NCBI GenBank assembly: GCA_963727525.1
Contig: CAVSGO010000008.1
Span: 192,001 to 256,000, forward strand
Direction: 5' to 3'
DNA: 64,000 bases
From: an uncultured bacterium
Lineage (GTDB): Bacteria; Krumholzibacteriota; Krumholzibacteriia; LZORAL124-64-63
Shown: one piece after another, positions 62,240 through 64,000 of the stretch
How positions within the stretch are numbered: the stretch's first letter is position 1
Layout: each line of letters starts with the position of its first letter
Translations under genes and position numbers: made by a program
Notes under the pieces: generated by a model
What the model saw: only the letters and a program-made list of their open reading frames with translations
What the model was told of the DNA's origin: nothing
Database searches by the model: none

Positions 62240-63421
62240 TCAGCGGATGTAGAGCACCTCGAGCTGGGGCCGCATATCGGCGCTCGGCGCGCTGGCCGTG
62301 CGGTAGTACGACGTCCGGTAGCCCGGCGAGTCGAGCCGAAGGCTCAGAACCTGGTCGGATCCGAGCTGATTCGCCACGAGGTCCATGAGTTCGGTGGTCT
62401 GGATCGTGCCCGTATGGTCCACCGGCGTACCATTGTACCAGAGCCACCAGTGCCCCACGTTGCTGGGCGACGCCGATGGCTGGTTGTTCCAGGTGATCGC
62501 GTCGCCACTCCAGGCATCGTCGGACACGTAGCGAGCGTAGACATTGCCGTCGCCGCCAAAGGCGAAGCCATTGCCGGCCGTGGCCCGCAGCACGGCGTAC
62601 TGGAGCTGCGCGTCCTGCGGCAGGGGGGACAGGTCGAACTTCAGGAACGTGTCCTTGGAGTCGCTGGTCGAGTAGTGGGGCGCGACCTCGAGCCAGTCCG
62701 TGCCGGCCGTGTTCGTACTCGGGTTCGCGGCATCGGTCCAGCCTGCGTCACTCGGGTCCAGGACGATGCGCGTGCCCATCACGGTCGTCAGCTCCAGGCC
62801 CGGGCGGACGGCGACATCACCGGCCTCATCGGAGTAGAAGACGGCGCTGCCTGATCCGGACTGCGACAGCCGGAGCGTGAGCTTGCGGTTGCCGCGCAGC
62901 CAGTCGTCGTTCGCTTTCGTGGCGGCGCCCGCGCTCGCGAACGTGACGTCGCGGTTGCCCGACGTGAGGTCGCCCACGTCGAACGTGCCCAGGCTCTCGG
63001 CGCCGGAGTCGCTGGGGAGATTGTCGCCGGCGATGTCGGCCTCCGACCAGCCGTCGTCGGAGATCCAGGCGACGGTCACGCGGGTGCCGCTCGTGGCGCC
63101 CAGGCTCGAGGTCTGGGTGAGGTGCAGGGTCGTGCCCGTGACCACGGCGTCGGTGGCCAGGCCACTGAGATCGAATTGCAGGTATGTCGTCGTGGTGTTG
63201 CCCACCTGGAGCGTGCCCTCCTGGCCGTAGGTGCCGGCGGGGGTGCTCGTGCTGACATAGGCATCGTGGCTGGCACGGATACCGTTGCCGCCGTTGTCGT
63301 TGCTGTCGCCGGGCGCCGTGGGGTCGTTGGTGCTGCTGCAACCCGCCATGGCGAGGGTGAGGGCCGCTAGCAGACTCAGCGTGAGCGTGGTGGCGCGTCG
63401 AGACTTCACAGTCGCGGTCAT
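62240..63421 (-). CDS. Lipoprotein with two DNRLRE/CBM96-like domains
   Basis: Lipobox MAGC; two repeats of D(AY/GW)...(YLQ/FLK)FDLS...DDxWS...RPxL(E). Confidence 0.75.
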   Translation of the reverse strand: MTATVKSRRATTLTLSLLAALTLAMAGCSSTNDPTAPGDSNDNGGNGIRASHDAYVSTSTPAGTYGQEGTLQVGNTTTTYLQFDLSGLATDAVVTGTTLHLTQTSSLGATSGTRVTVAWISDDGWSEADIAGDNLPSDSGAESLGTFDVGDLTSGNRDVTFASAGAATKANDDWLRGNRKLTLRLSQSGSGSAVFYSDEAGDVAVRPGLELTTVMGTRIVLDPSDAGWTDAANPSTNTAGTDWLEVAPHYSTSDSKDTFLKFDLSPLPQDAQLQYAVLRATAGNGFAFGGDGNVYARYVSDDAWSGDAITWNNQPSASPSNVGHWWLWYNGTPVDHTGTIQTTELMDLVANQLGSDQVLSLRLDSPGYRTSYYRTASAPSADMRPQLEVLYIR

Positions 63422-63556
63422 CTTCGGGTTCTCCTCGGGATTGCGTGTGTTCAGGGTCGTTGTTGCCCCCTGACGCACGAAACCGGAGGAAAACCGATCA
63501 ATGAAAATCACGCGACGCCACGCGCGCCGGGCCGCCGGTTTGCGACCTCTCCCACC

Positions 63557-64000
63557 TCATCGTGGCTGGCTATCGAGCAGGGAACTCTGGATAGCGAGGG
63601 CCCGGTTATCGGGGTCGAGCTCGCGCGCGCGTGCCAGAGCCCGCCGAGCCGGCTCGATGTGGTTCCTATCCAGGCAGATGGCCACGACCAACGCCCACAA
63701 TTCGGCGTCGGGCCGCGGGTCCGGCTCGCCGTCGAGTTCGCCGACGATGTCGAGCGCACGGGTGGCCACACCGAGGGTATGATCGGCCCGCAGCAACAAG
63801 ATCGTCGCAGCGTCATCGAGGGCGGGCCACGCTGGCGCGAGCAGCCGTTGCACGCGCTCCGGCCGCTCGGCCTGAAGACACGCCAGGCATAGAAGAAGGC
63901 GCCGAGCCTCGGTGGGGGCCTCGCGATAGTCCGCAGCAAGGCTGTCGGCGACCACCGCGTGGTCGCCATCGATCCAGTTCGGCAAGAGAGCGAGGACCGC
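63557..64000 (-). CDS. TPR-like protein, C-terminal part (start outside window)
   Basis: Frame is open to the window edge; ends ARRALARARELDPDN. Confidence 0.55.
   Translation of the reverse strand, partial: AVLALLPNWIDGDHAVVADSLAADYREAPTEARRLLLCLACLQAERPERVQRLLAPAWPALDDAATILLLRADHTLGVATRALDIVGELDGEPDPRPDAELWALVVAICLDRNHIEPARRALARARELDPDNRALAIQSSLLDSQPR

Noticed and set aside
63422-63556. c-di-GMP-I riboswitch in the lipoprotein leader (GTCGCAAACC on the minus strand)
   Set aside because: It lacks the GGCAAAC/GAAA-tetraloop P2 arm and the rest of the consensus.

Overview
High-GC bacterial chromosomal window, mostly housekeeping and envelope genes: glnA, glnS, ispH, ppa, pckA, an aminotransferase, an RND efflux operon, a YhaO/YhaN-like nuclease-ATPase pair, two HDOD proteins, a rubrerythrin/Fe-S oxidoreductase/DUF3501 cluster, two Omp85 proteins and several transporters. 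A secreted protein with an FlgD-Ig-like tail and a 'TWSTLKAIY' C-terminal motif suggest an FCB-group lineage such as Krumholzibacteriota, Eisenbacteria or Latescibacterota (inference only). Main highlights: (1) two copies of an IS1-like element whose shared coding sequence is 598/600 identical, while the 46 nt between stop codon and right terminal repeat keep the same length but only 24/46 identity; the complete copy has an AAC target duplication and a strong C-to-G skew switch; (2) two selenoproteins split by in-frame UGA in the ORF track (SelD and a HesB/IscA-like protein), each with a SECIS-like hairpin; (3) a candidate sRNA with an anti-Shine-Dalgarno loop downstream of glnA; (4) a ~180-nt rod-like palindromic element upstream of glnS; (5) an orphan NuoN-like protein that appears to lack the charged proton-pumping residues; (6) several frameshift or deletion scars. 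No tRNA, rRNA or CRISPR array was recognised. All calls were made by eye, without database searches.
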